Shown here in pieces: positions 9,711 through 18,729 of a stretch of 64,000 bases of DNA. The stretch is taken from positions 34,899 through 98,898 of the forward strand of contig JAGGYH010000080.1 in the NCBI GenBank assembly GCA_021162615.1, in the 5' to 3' direction. The first letter of the stretch is position 1. Every line of letters starts with the position of its first letter. The position numbers and the translations under genes were made by a program. The DNA is from Candidatus Aminicenantes bacterium. GTDB taxonomy: Bacteria > Acidobacteriota > Aminicenantia > Aminicenantales > Aminicenantaceae. Below the pieces are notes generated by a model. That model saw nothing but the letters and a program-made list of their open reading frames with translations, made no database searches and was not told the origin of the DNA.

Positions 9711-11084
9711 ATGTCTGACAAAAACAAACCAAAAAAATCCGGTTCCCTGTCCAGAAGAGATTTTCTGAAATCATCTGCATGGGCAGGCCTGGGAACAGCC
9801 CTTTCTTCACGGATGCTGAAAGCAAAGTCACCCGCAGCCGTACAGTCTGCCCAAGAATCATCTGACAGAATCAATATCGCTGTCATCGGAGTAGGAACTC
9901 AGGGCAGAGTGCTTGTGGAATCATGCCTCCGCATTCCTGATATCCATTTTCAAGCCATCTGCGACATATGGGAATACAGCCAAGTCTATGCCAGCCGTTA
10001 TCTGCAGAAATACGGATATAAGGTCAATATCTATGAAGACTACAGACAGCTTCTTGAAAAAGAAAAGGGTCTTGATGCAGTGATCATCGCAACCCCGGAT
10101 TGGATGCACGCTGAACACGCCAATGCCTGTATGGAACAGGGACTTCATGTTTATTGTGAAAAAGAGATGTCTAATTCCCTGGAAAAAGCACAAAGCATGG
10201 TAAGGACATCAAGGCGAACGGGAAAGCTTCTTCAGATCGGTCACCAGCGCCGGAGCAACCCCAGATACATCCATGCCATAGACAGGCTGATCCATGAAAA
10301 ACAGCTTTTAGGTCGGGTATCCCAATCATACGCTCAATGGAACAGATCTAAAAGTGATATGCTTGGCTGGCCCAAAAAATACACGATACCGCCTGAAAAA
10401 CTCGAGAAATACGGATACAGATCCATGACTGAGTTCAGGAACTGGCGGTGGTTCAAAAAATACGGTGGAGGACCTATCGTAGACCTGGGGTCTCACCAAA
10501 TAGACCTGTTTTCGTGGGTCTATGGCACCAATCCCTCCTCTGTCACCTCCTGCGGGGGAACCGATTATTATGATAAAAGAGAATGGTACGATAATGTGAT
10601 GGCGATCTATGAATTCAAGACTGTCCAAGGAACATGCCGGGCCCTTTATCAAGTCCAGACAACCACCAAATACGGAGGTTTCTACGAAGCCTTCATGGGA
10701 GATAACGGGACCATCGTGCTTTCAGAAGTCCCTCAATTCGGAAATTGGGCTATGAGAGAAGCCCATGCCCCGGAATGGGATTCCCTGGCAAAAGACGGCC
10801 TTTTGGAATCAGAAACTCCGCCTATCCAGAAAGTGGATACCAAAAACGTATTCCTTGATGTGAGGGTCACACAGGAAGCCGGCAGATGGCCGCTCCCTGT
10901 GGAACTGGCCAAACCTCCGCACCAGCCGCATCTTGAAAATTTCTTCAGCGCCATAAGAGCCGGAGCGTCTCTCACATGTCCTGGAGAAGTGGGGTATGAA
11001 ACCGCTCTAACAGTCTTAACTACAAACAAAGCTGTTGGATCACCGAGGAAGCTCAGATTTCAAAAAGAACAGTTCAAAGCATGA
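9711..11084 (+). CDS. Gfo/Idh/MocA family oxidoreductase, Tat-exported
   Basis: SRRDFLKSSAWAGLGTALS Tat motif, VIGVGTQG Rossmann motif, CEKEM motif. Stop overlaps the next start (ATGA). Confidence 0.8.
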   Translation: MSDKNKPKKSGSLSRRDFLKSSAWAGLGTALSSRMLKAKSPAAVQSAQESSDRINIAVIGVGTQGRVLVESCLRIPDIHFQAICDIWEYSQVYASRYLQKYGYKVNIYEDYRQLLEKEKGLDAVIIATPDWMHAEHANACMEQGLHVYCEKEMSNSLEKAQSMVRTSRRTGKLLQIGHQRRSNPRYIHAIDRLIHEKQLLGRVSQSYAQWNRSKSDMLGWPKKYTIPPEKLEKYGYRSMTEFRNWRWFKKYGGGPIVDLGSHQIDLFSWVYGTNPSSVTSCGGTDYYDKREWYDNVMAIYEFKTVQGTCRALYQVQTTTKYGGFYEAFMGDNGTIVLSEVPQFGNWAMREAHAPEWDSLAKDGLLESETPPIQKVDTKNVFLDVRVTQEAGRWPLPVELAKPPHQPHLENFFSAIRAGASLTCPGEVGYETALTVLTTNKAVGSPRKLRFQKEQFKA

Positions 11085-13417
11085 AACAAAAACCAATACA
11101 AATCATCTTTTTCCTTATCTTTTTAACCGGACTTTCTCCTGCTTTCGCACAGGAGAAAAAAAAGATACCCTGGGACGGCAACAGAACGGTCCCTGTGCAT
11201 AACATTCCTTTAAGGGACGAATTCAATGAAACGATCATTCCCACAGAATCTTTCCCTCTCCCTTATTCTTCCAGATACACATGCGAACCCTGCCATGCCT
11301 ACGGCCGGATAAGCCAGGGGCTTCATTTCAATGCCTTCTCTTCTGACAGGCACGGAAGACCGGGAGAACCATGGATATGGGTTGACAGGGATACAGGATC
11401 CTCAATCCCTGTTTCCTACCGGGACTGGCCGGGCGTCTTTCGTCCTGAGGAACTCGGCCTGACTTTCTGGGAATTCACCCTGCTTTTCGGAAGGCACATG
11501 ACCGGCGGAGGCGTCGGAGAGCCGGCCGTGGATGAGAGAAGCCCTGATTCAAGGTGGAATGTATCCGGGACACTTGAAATCAACTGTCTCGCCTGCCATA
11601 ATAATTCCAGAAAACAGAGCCACAGTGAATGGGCTTTCCAAATACTCCGTCAAAACTTCCGCTGGGCAGCCGTTGCTTCTTCCGCCCTTGGAGAAGTGGG
11701 AGGCATGGCTTCAAGACTATCCGGAACATGGGATATCTATGACGGATCAAACCCGGATGACTCCGAGTATGCCATTGCCCCTTATGTCCGGTATGACAAG
11801 ACCCAGTTCAACAGCAAGCACGAGGTGTTCTTTGACATCAACCACAAACCCAATGACGAACGCTGTCTTGCCTGCCACTCTGTTTCACCTGCTTCGCAAA
11901 GCCAGTTCCTGGCAGAAAGCGATGTGCACACCGCAGCAGGCATTAAATGTGCGGACTGTCATAGAAATGACATATCGCACACCATGATAAGAGGTTATGA
12001 AGGGGAATCCGAGCAATATAAAAATCCGTCTGCCTCTGATTTCACATGCCGCGGCTGTCATTTAAGAGAAAAAAAATCACAAAAACAAGGCGTCTCCTCA
12101 GGCCGGTTGGGAGCTCCTTATCCCATTCATAAAAAAATCCCCCCGATCCACATAGAAAAACTCTCCTGCACAGCATGCCACTCAGGATCCCTTCCTCAAA
12201 AGAAATTGACCCGGGTAAAGACCTCACGGGCCAACCGCTTGGGGATCTACGGTATAGCCCGCTGGGACATGGACTTTCCTGCTGTTCAGGAGCCTGTGTT
12301 TCACAGAGACTCAAACGGCAGGCTGACTCCAAACCGCCTTGTCTGGCCGAGTTTCTGGGGATGCCTTGAGGGAGAAGAGATCAGCCCATTAAGGCCTGAG
12401 ACTGTAAAAAAGGCTGCCGGTCCGATACTCTATCCGGAGTCAGAGGCCGCAGAAATCCTATCCGCGCTCTCTATGATCCCTAATCTCAAAGGCACGCCGG
12501 TTTTTGTCTCTTCCGGAAGGGTCTATGAATTAAACTTTGACGGAGAACTGGATGCCTCTGAATATTCCGGAGAGATACCTGAAGTAGGATTATTCTGGGC
12601 CTTCAAAAAAAACAATTCCCTGTCCCCCCTCATTCCTGAGTTTGACAGGGAATCAGACGCCCTTGACAGGGAAATAGAATACAGGATCCAAGATACTCTG
12701 GAAGCTTTAAATAAAGTTAAAAAACAGCTTTATGAGCCTTCCGTGATCTACGGAAACAAAGTCTATCAAATATCAGAAGGATACTTTGAGATAAAGGAAT
12801 GGAATGGAAAAACACAGGATTTCCCGAGACTCTGCTGGCTTAAAGACAATGAGATAAAAAACCTGATTTCTGAATTCAATCTGAACGCCATTAAAGAAAC
12901 AGTAGGATACTCCGAACTCCTAAGTGAAGAGCAGGTTAAAAAAATCCTTACAGCCCTTTCTGAAGCAGATGCCTCTCAAGACTCTGAAACAAACAAAGAA
13001 TATGTCTATATATCCAACGGGAAGATGTTTCGAATCAACCAGCAAGGTTCCCTGGAATCATCCGAACATCCGGCATCAGAACCTGTCTTGTGGCCCCTGG
13101 CCCATCAGGTAAGGCCTGTCCAGCAGTCCCTTGGGATCAACGGATGTTCGGACTGCCATTCATGGGATTCAAATTTTTTCTTCGCTGATGTAACGGCCGC
13201 AGGCCCTTTGAACACAAAAATTTCAGCTGAGCGCTCTGCTCATTCCTTTATGGGATTGGGGGGACTTTATCAAAAAATATTCGGCCTTTCCTTTTATGCC
13301 CGTCCATTTTTAAAGGTCATCCTCTTTATTGCCGCACTTTTTTTGGGATCTATCCTTATCATAACTTTTGTCAAAACTCTGGGCTTTCTCACAGGCCTGC
13401 TTGAGAAAAGGAGATAA
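11081..13417 (+). CDS. Heptaheme c-type cytochrome with signal peptide and C-terminal transmembrane anchor
   Basis: Seven CxxCH motifs seen in translation: CEPCH, CLACH, CLACH, CADCH, CRGCH, CTACH, CSDCH. N-terminal signal peptide and a hydrophobic C-terminal helix (FLKVILFIAALFLGSILIITFV). Translationally coupled to the upstream dehydrogenase. Confidence 0.8.
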   Translation: MKQKPIQIIFFLIFLTGLSPAFAQEKKKIPWDGNRTVPVHNIPLRDEFNETIIPTESFPLPYSSRYTCEPCHAYGRISQGLHFNAFSSDRHGRPGEPWIWVDRDTGSSIPVSYRDWPGVFRPEELGLTFWEFTLLFGRHMTGGGVGEPAVDERSPDSRWNVSGTLEINCLACHNNSRKQSHSEWAFQILRQNFRWAAVASSALGEVGGMASRLSGTWDIYDGSNPDDSEYAIAPYVRYDKTQFNSKHEVFFDINHKPNDERCLACHSVSPASQSQFLAESDVHTAAGIKCADCHRNDISHTMIRGYEGESEQYKNPSASDFTCRGCHLREKKSQKQGVSSGRLGAPYPIHKKIPPIHIEKLSCTACHSGSLPQKKLTRVKTSRANRLGIYGIARWDMDFPAVQEPVFHRDSNGRLTPNRLVWPSFWGCLEGEEISPLRPETVKKAAGPILYPESEAAEILSALSMIPNLKGTPVFVSSGRVYELNFDGELDASEYSGEIPEVGLFWAFKKNNSLSPLIPEFDRESDALDREIEYRIQDTLEALNKVKKQLYEPSVIYGNKVYQISEGYFEIKEWNGKTQDFPRLCWLKDNEIKNLISEFNLNAIKETVGYSELLSEEQVKKILTALSEADASQDSETNKEYVYISNGKMFRINQQGSLESSEHPASEPVLWPLAHQVRPVQQSLGINGCSDCHSWDSNFFFADVTAAGPLNTKISAERSAHSFMGLGGLYQKIFGLSFYARPFLKVILFIAALFLGSILIITFVKTLGFLTGLLEKRR

Positions 13418-13423
13418 ATCCAC

Positions 13424-14062
13424 ATGTTCTCAATGATAAGTTTCGTTTCCTTTATATCAGTGGCCGCATTCCTTGTCACTTTCAGTTACACAAAACAGAA
13501 AAAAGCAAAAAAAGAAAGCCCGGACAAAAAGCAAGCCCAAAATTTTTCAGACTGGCTTGTCAGCGGACTTCGTTCTTTTTTTAAAACTTCTCTTAAGAAC
13601 CGGATAAAAAAAATCAACCGGAAGCATCTCATCTCAGAACTATCCATAACTGAAAAAATTATCTGGGGAGGCCTTGTGTTCAGTTTTCTTTATCTTTTCC
13701 TGAGCGGATTCTTCTTCTCTCTCTTCAGTCTGCGCCAAATGTTTGGGGTTCCTCTTCTATTCCATATCGTCCTTGGCGGTCTTTTTGCAGTGTTTCTTTG
13801 TGTTTGTTTGTTTCTCTCTGCCGAAAAATTCAGTCTTTCCTTATCATTCAGCTTCAAAAATATCCTCTTCTGGATTTTCATGTTATCAGGCCTTTTTCTT
13901 GCCGGCACTTCTTTATGCATGATGGTCCCCCTCTTTACGTACCGAACACAGCTGTTCCTCTTCGAACTTCACAGATACAGTGCGCTCACAGCAACTCTTG
14001 CTGCTGTCCTTTTCCTGTATACGGTATTCTCAAACAATGAAAAAAGAAAAAATCGGGGATAA
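13424..14062 (+). CDS. Small polytopic membrane protein (possible b-type cytochrome or quinone-side partner of the multiheme cytochrome; function unknown)
   Basis: Five or six predicted hydrophobic helices with conserved-position His residues (FHIVLGG, ELHRYS). GGAG RBS. Confidence 0.45.
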   Translation: MFSMISFVSFISVAAFLVTFSYTKQKKAKKESPDKKQAQNFSDWLVSGLRSFFKTSLKNRIKKINRKHLISELSITEKIIWGGLVFSFLYLFLSGFFFSLFSLRQMFGVPLLFHIVLGGLFAVFLCVCLFLSAEKFSLSLSFSFKNILFWIFMLSGLFLAGTSLCMMVPLFTYRTQLFLFELHRYSALTATLAAVLFLYTVFSNNEKRKNRG

Positions 14063-14933
14063 ATCTGTTCTCCGTTTTTCCCACGAGGCCATGGGGACCT
14101 TCTTTGAAATCCTTCTCACTGATATAGACCAGGGTTACGCCCGGCAGGTCTCACAGGCAGTTTTTAATGAAATAGATAGATTAGAAAAAGAACTCTCCCG
14201 GTTCAATCCGAGCAGCGATATAGGTCAGATAAACAATCTAAAACCAGGACAGTCCTGCGCTGTTCAGGTGGACGTGTTTGAGTGCCTTCAAAAAGCATGC
14301 CGTATCCAGCATGAGACCGGCGAAGCCTTTGCCATAAATTATGCTTCCTCTCTGCGTTATTTTAAGAAGCAAAAAACAGCCGGCCTTCCGATAAAAATGT
14401 CCCGTTCCTCGGGGAGATTTAACATAACCTTTGAAAAAAGGGAGGTATTCGCAGGAACAGAAAGCCTCATGATTGACCTGGGAGGCATTGGCAAAGGTTT
14501 TGCCCTGGACAAAGCCGCAGACCTTTTGCTGGACTGGGATGTCTCCAAAGCCCTGCTCCACAGCGGCACCAGCACAGCTCTGGCTGTAGGAGCCCCCAAC
14601 GGTAAGGAAGGGTGGGCCATAGGCGTCATAGGAAATGGAGACAGTCCTTTTGTTCCCGGAAGAATCATGGTCAAAAACCGCGCTGTCAGCGGTTCGGGAA
14701 AGCAGGTAAAAGGGGAGCACATCATAGACCCCAGAACAGGAGCCCCTGCCTCAGGTCATGAGGCCGCATGGGTGTCTCATCCCTCCGCAGCCGCAGCCGA
14801 TGCCCTTTCCACTGCTTTTGTGGTGATGAAGACCCCGGAAGTGGAGACATTCTGCCTTGAAAACAAGCATCTCTGGGCTGCAGTGTTAACAAATGGAGGG
14901 CATCATAAAATTTTTAACCAAAATAGTATATAA
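14037..14933 (+). CDS. apbE: FAD:protein FMN transferase (ApbE family)
   Basis: DLGGIGKGFALDKAADLL and C-terminal ADALSTAFVV signature blocks of ApbE. Start placed at the internal ATG (MKKEKIG) rather than ORF-track 13980 to limit overlap with the upstream gene. Confidence 0.75.
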   Translation: MKKEKIGDKSVLRFSHEAMGTFFEILLTDIDQGYARQVSQAVFNEIDRLEKELSRFNPSSDIGQINNLKPGQSCAVQVDVFECLQKACRIQHETGEAFAINYASSLRYFKKQKTAGLPIKMSRSSGRFNITFEKREVFAGTESLMIDLGGIGKGFALDKAADLLLDWDVSKALLHSGTSTALAVGAPNGKEGWAIGVIGNGDSPFVPGRIMVKNRAVSGSGKQVKGEHIIDPRTGAPASGHEAAWVSHPSAAAADALSTAFVVMKTPEVETFCLENKHLWAAVLTNGGHHKIFNQNSI

Positions 14934-14953
14934 TGCCTTTAAAGGAGTGTGTC

Positions 14954-15652
14954 ATGATAAGAAAAGTTTGTATATCCCTATTCATATTGATCATCTCTCT
15001 GTCCTTTTCCGGAGCCGCATGTTTATTCGGTCAGGAAAAACAGGATAAACAGGATAAAAAAGAAGTCCTGCAACTGGAGCTTCCCAAACCCATGTTCGTG
15101 GGAACACCCACCAATATCCGCACGCCTAACCTTGAGAAAATAACAGGAAAAAGGAGGGGGCCGTTTTATGTTCCCAAAGGAACCAAGCTCCTTTCTCTCG
15201 ATAAATCCGTGACTTCCAGCGATATGATGCCCATCATAGGAGAGATCGAATACGTGACAGACGGAGAAAAATCAGGAGAAGCCGGTTATTATGTGGAACT
15301 CGGTCCCGGCTCCCAGTACGTTCAGATAGACCTCGGCGCTTCTTATGCCATCCATGCCATACTTGTGTGGCATTTCCACAGCCAGGCCCGGGTTTACAGA
15401 GATGTGGTGGTGCATGTAAGTGATGACCCTGATTTTATATCTGAAGTCAAAACCGTATTCAACAACGACCACGACAACTCCTCCGGACTGGGGATAGGAA
15501 GAGACAAGGAATATATCGAGACCAATGAAGGCAGGCTGATCGATACAAGAGGGATCAGCGGGCGCTATGTGCGCCTTTACAGCAGCGGCAACACATCCAA
15601 TGATATGAACCATTATGTTGAAGTGGAGGTCTACGGCACTGAGGTGAAATGA
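14954..15652 (+). CDS. Secreted discoidin (F5/8 type C)-like domain protein
   Basis: ATG at 14954 preceded by AAAGGAG (ORF-track start 14933 is less likely). Signal peptide, then a beta-sandwich-like region ending RYVRLYSSGNTSNDMNHYVEVEVYG. Confidence 0.5.
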   Translation: MIRKVCISLFILIISLSFSGAACLFGQEKQDKQDKKEVLQLELPKPMFVGTPTNIRTPNLEKITGKRRGPFYVPKGTKLLSLDKSVTSSDMMPIIGEIEYVTDGEKSGEAGYYVELGPGSQYVQIDLGASYAIHAILVWHFHSQARVYRDVVVHVSDDPDFISEVKTVFNNDHDNSSGLGIGRDKEYIETNEGRLIDTRGISGRYVRLYSSGNTSNDMNHYVEVEVYGTEVK

Positions 15653-17202
15653 GCAGAAAAGTCTTCGCCGGCCTGTTTGCCCTCATAGTGCTGCTGGGGC
15701 TGTTCTTTCGCTTCTTTAACCTTGATCTGCGGCCAGTGCATCATGATGAGGCGAATCAGGCTGTCAAATTCGGAGTTCTTCTGGAAAAAGGAGAATACAC
15801 ATACGATTATTTTGACCACCACGGGCCTTCTCTCTACTATATGACACTCCCTTTGGCTCTGGCCTTCACAGGAAAAGACTTTGCTGCGCTCAACGAAAGC
15901 ACCCTCCGTTTTCTTCCCGCCCTCTTCGGATCAGGACTCCTTCTTCTCCTCCTCCTCCTTAAGGGCCGATTGGGATTAAAAGCGGTTCTGTTTTCAGCTC
16001 TCTTTATAAGCCTCTCTCCCCTAATGGTCTTTTTCAGCCGCTTTTACATTCAGGAAATGCTTCTCGCCTTTTTTACCCTTGGATTTATCATATCACTCTG
16101 GCTGAGTCTGGATACAAAAAAAATTCACTGGTATATAACAGCCGGATTAATGGCTGGCTTTATGTTCGCCACAAAGGAGACCTCCCTTATCCTCTTCGGT
16201 TCCCTGCTCGGCTCATTTATTCTCTTAAAGATCTCCCATGCTTCCGGATCAAAGAGCAAACACATCTCCCATTCCCTCCTTTCCCTTAATACCTTTTTCT
16301 TTCTCGGGGCGGCCTTTGTCGTATGGCTGCTCTTTTATTCCTCCTTTTTCCATAATATGAACGGACTCTGGGACTCCATCCGTTCTTTAGGAGTCTATTT
16401 CAAGCGCGCCGGTGAGGCAGGAGCTCACGCTCATCCCTGGTATTACTATCTCAAAATGCTGGCCTTTTCCCGATACGGCAACGGACCTTTATGGAGCGAG
16501 GCTTTGATCCTGGTTTCTGCTCTTATAGGAAGTATCTCCGCATTCACTAAAAAGGAAAAGGCACGCCATGATACCTCTTTTATCCGCTTTGTCTTTTTCT
16601 ATACCCTCATTTGCACTCTTGTTTTTTCTCTTGTATCCTATAAAACTCCCTGGAACATCGTCCCTTTTTATCTGGGGATGCTGGTGCTAGCCGGGTGCGG
16701 GATTTCCTTTCTCATTGACTTGTGCCAAAAAATCTGGCTTAAGTCAGCGGCCTTATCCCTGATTTTCATCGGCATCTTTCATCTGGGCTGGCAGAGCTGG
16801 AGAGCCAATTTTGTCTTTTACGCAGACGTCCGGAATCCCTATGTCTATGCGCAAACCAGTACGGACTTTCTTAACCTGATCCGCAGAATAAACCATATCT
16901 CCAAAGTCCATCCGGAACACAAGAATATGCTGATCAAAGTGATCGCTGATCCTCATATGATATGGCCTCTACCCTGGTATCTCCGGGAATTCAAACGGGT
17001 TGGTTACTGGACAGAGGCCGAAGAGGCGGGTCCCATAGAGGGAACACCCGTTTTAATCAGCTCCATGGAACAAGCCAAACGCATCGGGCCTCTGGTCGGG
17101 GACCGGTATGTATCCGAATTTTACGGACTTAGAAATGAAGTCCTTCTATCCGTGTATATAAGACTTGATCTGTGGAACCGGTTTTTAGAAAATAGGCGCT
17201 GA
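15649..17202 (+). CDS. GT-C fold membrane glycosyltransferase (PMT/ArnT-like; polyprenol-phosphate-sugar dependent)
   Basis: Polytopic. First periplasmic-loop HHDE motif right after TM1 (FRFFNLDLRPVHHDEANQ), as in PMT/ArnT/TIGR03663-type GT-C enzymes. Start overlaps the previous stop. Confidence 0.6.
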   Translation: MSRKVFAGLFALIVLLGLFFRFFNLDLRPVHHDEANQAVKFGVLLEKGEYTYDYFDHHGPSLYYMTLPLALAFTGKDFAALNESTLRFLPALFGSGLLLLLLLLKGRLGLKAVLFSALFISLSPLMVFFSRFYIQEMLLAFFTLGFIISLWLSLDTKKIHWYITAGLMAGFMFATKETSLILFGSLLGSFILLKISHASGSKSKHISHSLLSLNTFFFLGAAFVVWLLFYSSFFHNMNGLWDSIRSLGVYFKRAGEAGAHAHPWYYYLKMLAFSRYGNGPLWSEALILVSALIGSISAFTKKEKARHDTSFIRFVFFYTLICTLVFSLVSYKTPWNIVPFYLGMLVLAGCGISFLIDLCQKIWLKSAALSLIFIGIFHLGWQSWRANFVFYADVRNPYVYAQTSTDFLNLIRRINHISKVHPEHKNMLIKVIADPHMIWPLPWYLREFKRVGYWTEAEEAGPIEGTPVLISSMEQAKRIGPLVGDRYVSEFYGLRNEVLLSVYIRLDLWNRFLENRR

Positions 17203-17203
17203 A

Positions 17204-17932
17204 ATGATTGACCTTTCACTTGTGATTCCTGCCTATAACGAAGAAAACAAAATAAAAAAAGACATAGAGAGGGCTGCGTTTTTCTTAGAGGAAAACCACA
17301 TGGTGGGAGAAATCATTGTCGTGGATGACGGAAGCCGTGACAACACCTCTGCCGCTGCTTCCAAAGCTTGCACAAATCCCTCGGTTGAATTGAAAATCAT
17401 CCGGCTTGAGAAAAACAAAGGCAAAGGATTTGCGGTTAAAACAGGAATACTGGCATCCAAAGGTGAGGTCGTGCTTTTCGCGGACAGCGGGACCTGCATC
17501 CCCTATGAAAACGCCCTTCCCTTTATCAAGAAAATCAGGGCCGGGGAAGTGGCTATCGCCCTGGCTTCTCGATATGCCAAAGGCACGGTCATCCGCAGAA
17601 ACCGTCCTCTTTCAAGGCGCATCCTTTCCAGACTCTTTCACTGGGCTGCGGTTTTTATAGCCGGCCTTCCAAGAAAAATCACAGACTCTCAATGCGGATT
17701 TAAAATCTATAACGGAGACGCTGCCAGGAAGCTCTACAGTCAGTGCGGGCTCCATGGTTTTCTTTTTGACCTGGAGATATTGATTCGGGCCCTCAGAGAA
17801 GGACACAGTATCACTGAATTTCCTGTTGAATGGACCTGCGACCTGGACTCTCGCCTGCGCCCAGCCTCTGAAGCCGGAGATATACTCAGAGACCTCTTTG
17901 AGGTAAGAAAGATAGCCAAAAAAAAGTTATGA
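17204..17932 (+). CDS. GT2 polyprenol-phosphate glycosyltransferase (Dpm1/GtrB-like)
   Basis: LSLVIPAYNEE..IIVVDDGSRDNT..EKNKGKGFAVKTG motifs of dolichol-P-mannose-synthase-like GT2 enzymes. Soluble form (no C-terminal TM). Confidence 0.75.
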   Translation: MIDLSLVIPAYNEENKIKKDIERAAFFLEENHMVGEIIVVDDGSRDNTSAAASKACTNPSVELKIIRLEKNKGKGFAVKTGILASKGEVVLFADSGTCIPYENALPFIKKIRAGEVAIALASRYAKGTVIRRNRPLSRRILSRLFHWAAVFIAGLPRKITDSQCGFKIYNGDAARKLYSQCGLHGFLFDLEILIRALREGHSITEFPVEWTCDLDSRLRPASEAGDILRDLFEVRKIAKKKL

Positions 17933-18712
17933 GATTTCGCGTATCCAGATATTTCTGTAACGAACCGGGTTTCCGTGGTCCTGCAGGGAAAGAGGAAGTT
18001 TCTCCGGATGAGCTTTGTAGGAAGGCCTTTTTTTCCACGCTGTAGGGCCCGTCAGCACCACATCATTATGGATGAGAACATGGTTGTGAAACACGGTCAT
18101 GCGGGCCGGCTCTTTTAATTGTCCGTTCTCATTAAAAAAGGGAGCCGTAAAGATAATATCAAAACACTGCCATTCACCCGGAGGACGGCACACATTGACC
18201 AAAGGAGGATACTGCCCGTACACAGCTCCGGCCATGCCGTCTGCATATGTCCTGTTCTCAAAGTTATCCAGCACCTGTACTTCATAGAGCCCCATTAAAA
18301 ACACACCGCTGTTTCCACGGCCCTGTCCTTCTCCGGATACTTCCGCAGGGGATGCCCACTCGATATGGAGCTGGCAGCTTCCAAACTCTTTTTTTGTCTG
18401 GATGGAGCCTGTTTTTTTCACGACTTCCAAATATCCGTTTTCCACCTTCCATTGAGCCTCGTTTCCTTTGCTGTCTTCCCATTGGGAAAGGTCTTCCCCG
18501 TCAAAAAGAACTTCCGCATCTGAAGGCGCAGGAACAGGAAGCATTGAAGGGCCCGGATCCACAACAGGGGGCAAGGGCCTGTCTTTGTCGTGTATTTTCC
18601 ACTTCTTTACAGAAGCCATTTCCGAATTCACTTCTTCATTCTCCTGACAGTTAATGACACCAAAGAGAAAAAAAACAAAAACCAGCAAGACAAAACCCAC
18701 TGCTTTTTTCAT
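17927..18712 (-). CDS. DUF1080 family protein (3-keto-disaccharide hydrolase-like), secreted
   Basis: Signal peptide plus concanavalin-like DUF1080 region (GNSGVFLMGLYEVQVLDNF..HNHVLIHN..HGNPVRYRNIWIREI). AAAGGAG RBS. Confidence 0.7.
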   Translation of the reverse strand: MKKAVGFVLLVFVFFLFGVINCQENEEVNSEMASVKKWKIHDKDRPLPPVVDPGPSMLPVPAPSDAEVLFDGEDLSQWEDSKGNEAQWKVENGYLEVVKKTGSIQTKKEFGSCQLHIEWASPAEVSGEGQGRGNSGVFLMGLYEVQVLDNFENRTYADGMAGAVYGQYPPLVNVCRPPGEWQCFDIIFTAPFFNENGQLKEPARMTVFHNHVLIHNDVVLTGPTAWKKRPSYKAHPEKLPLSLQDHGNPVRYRNIWIREIS

Positions 18713-18729
18713 GACCAGCTCCTTTTAAC

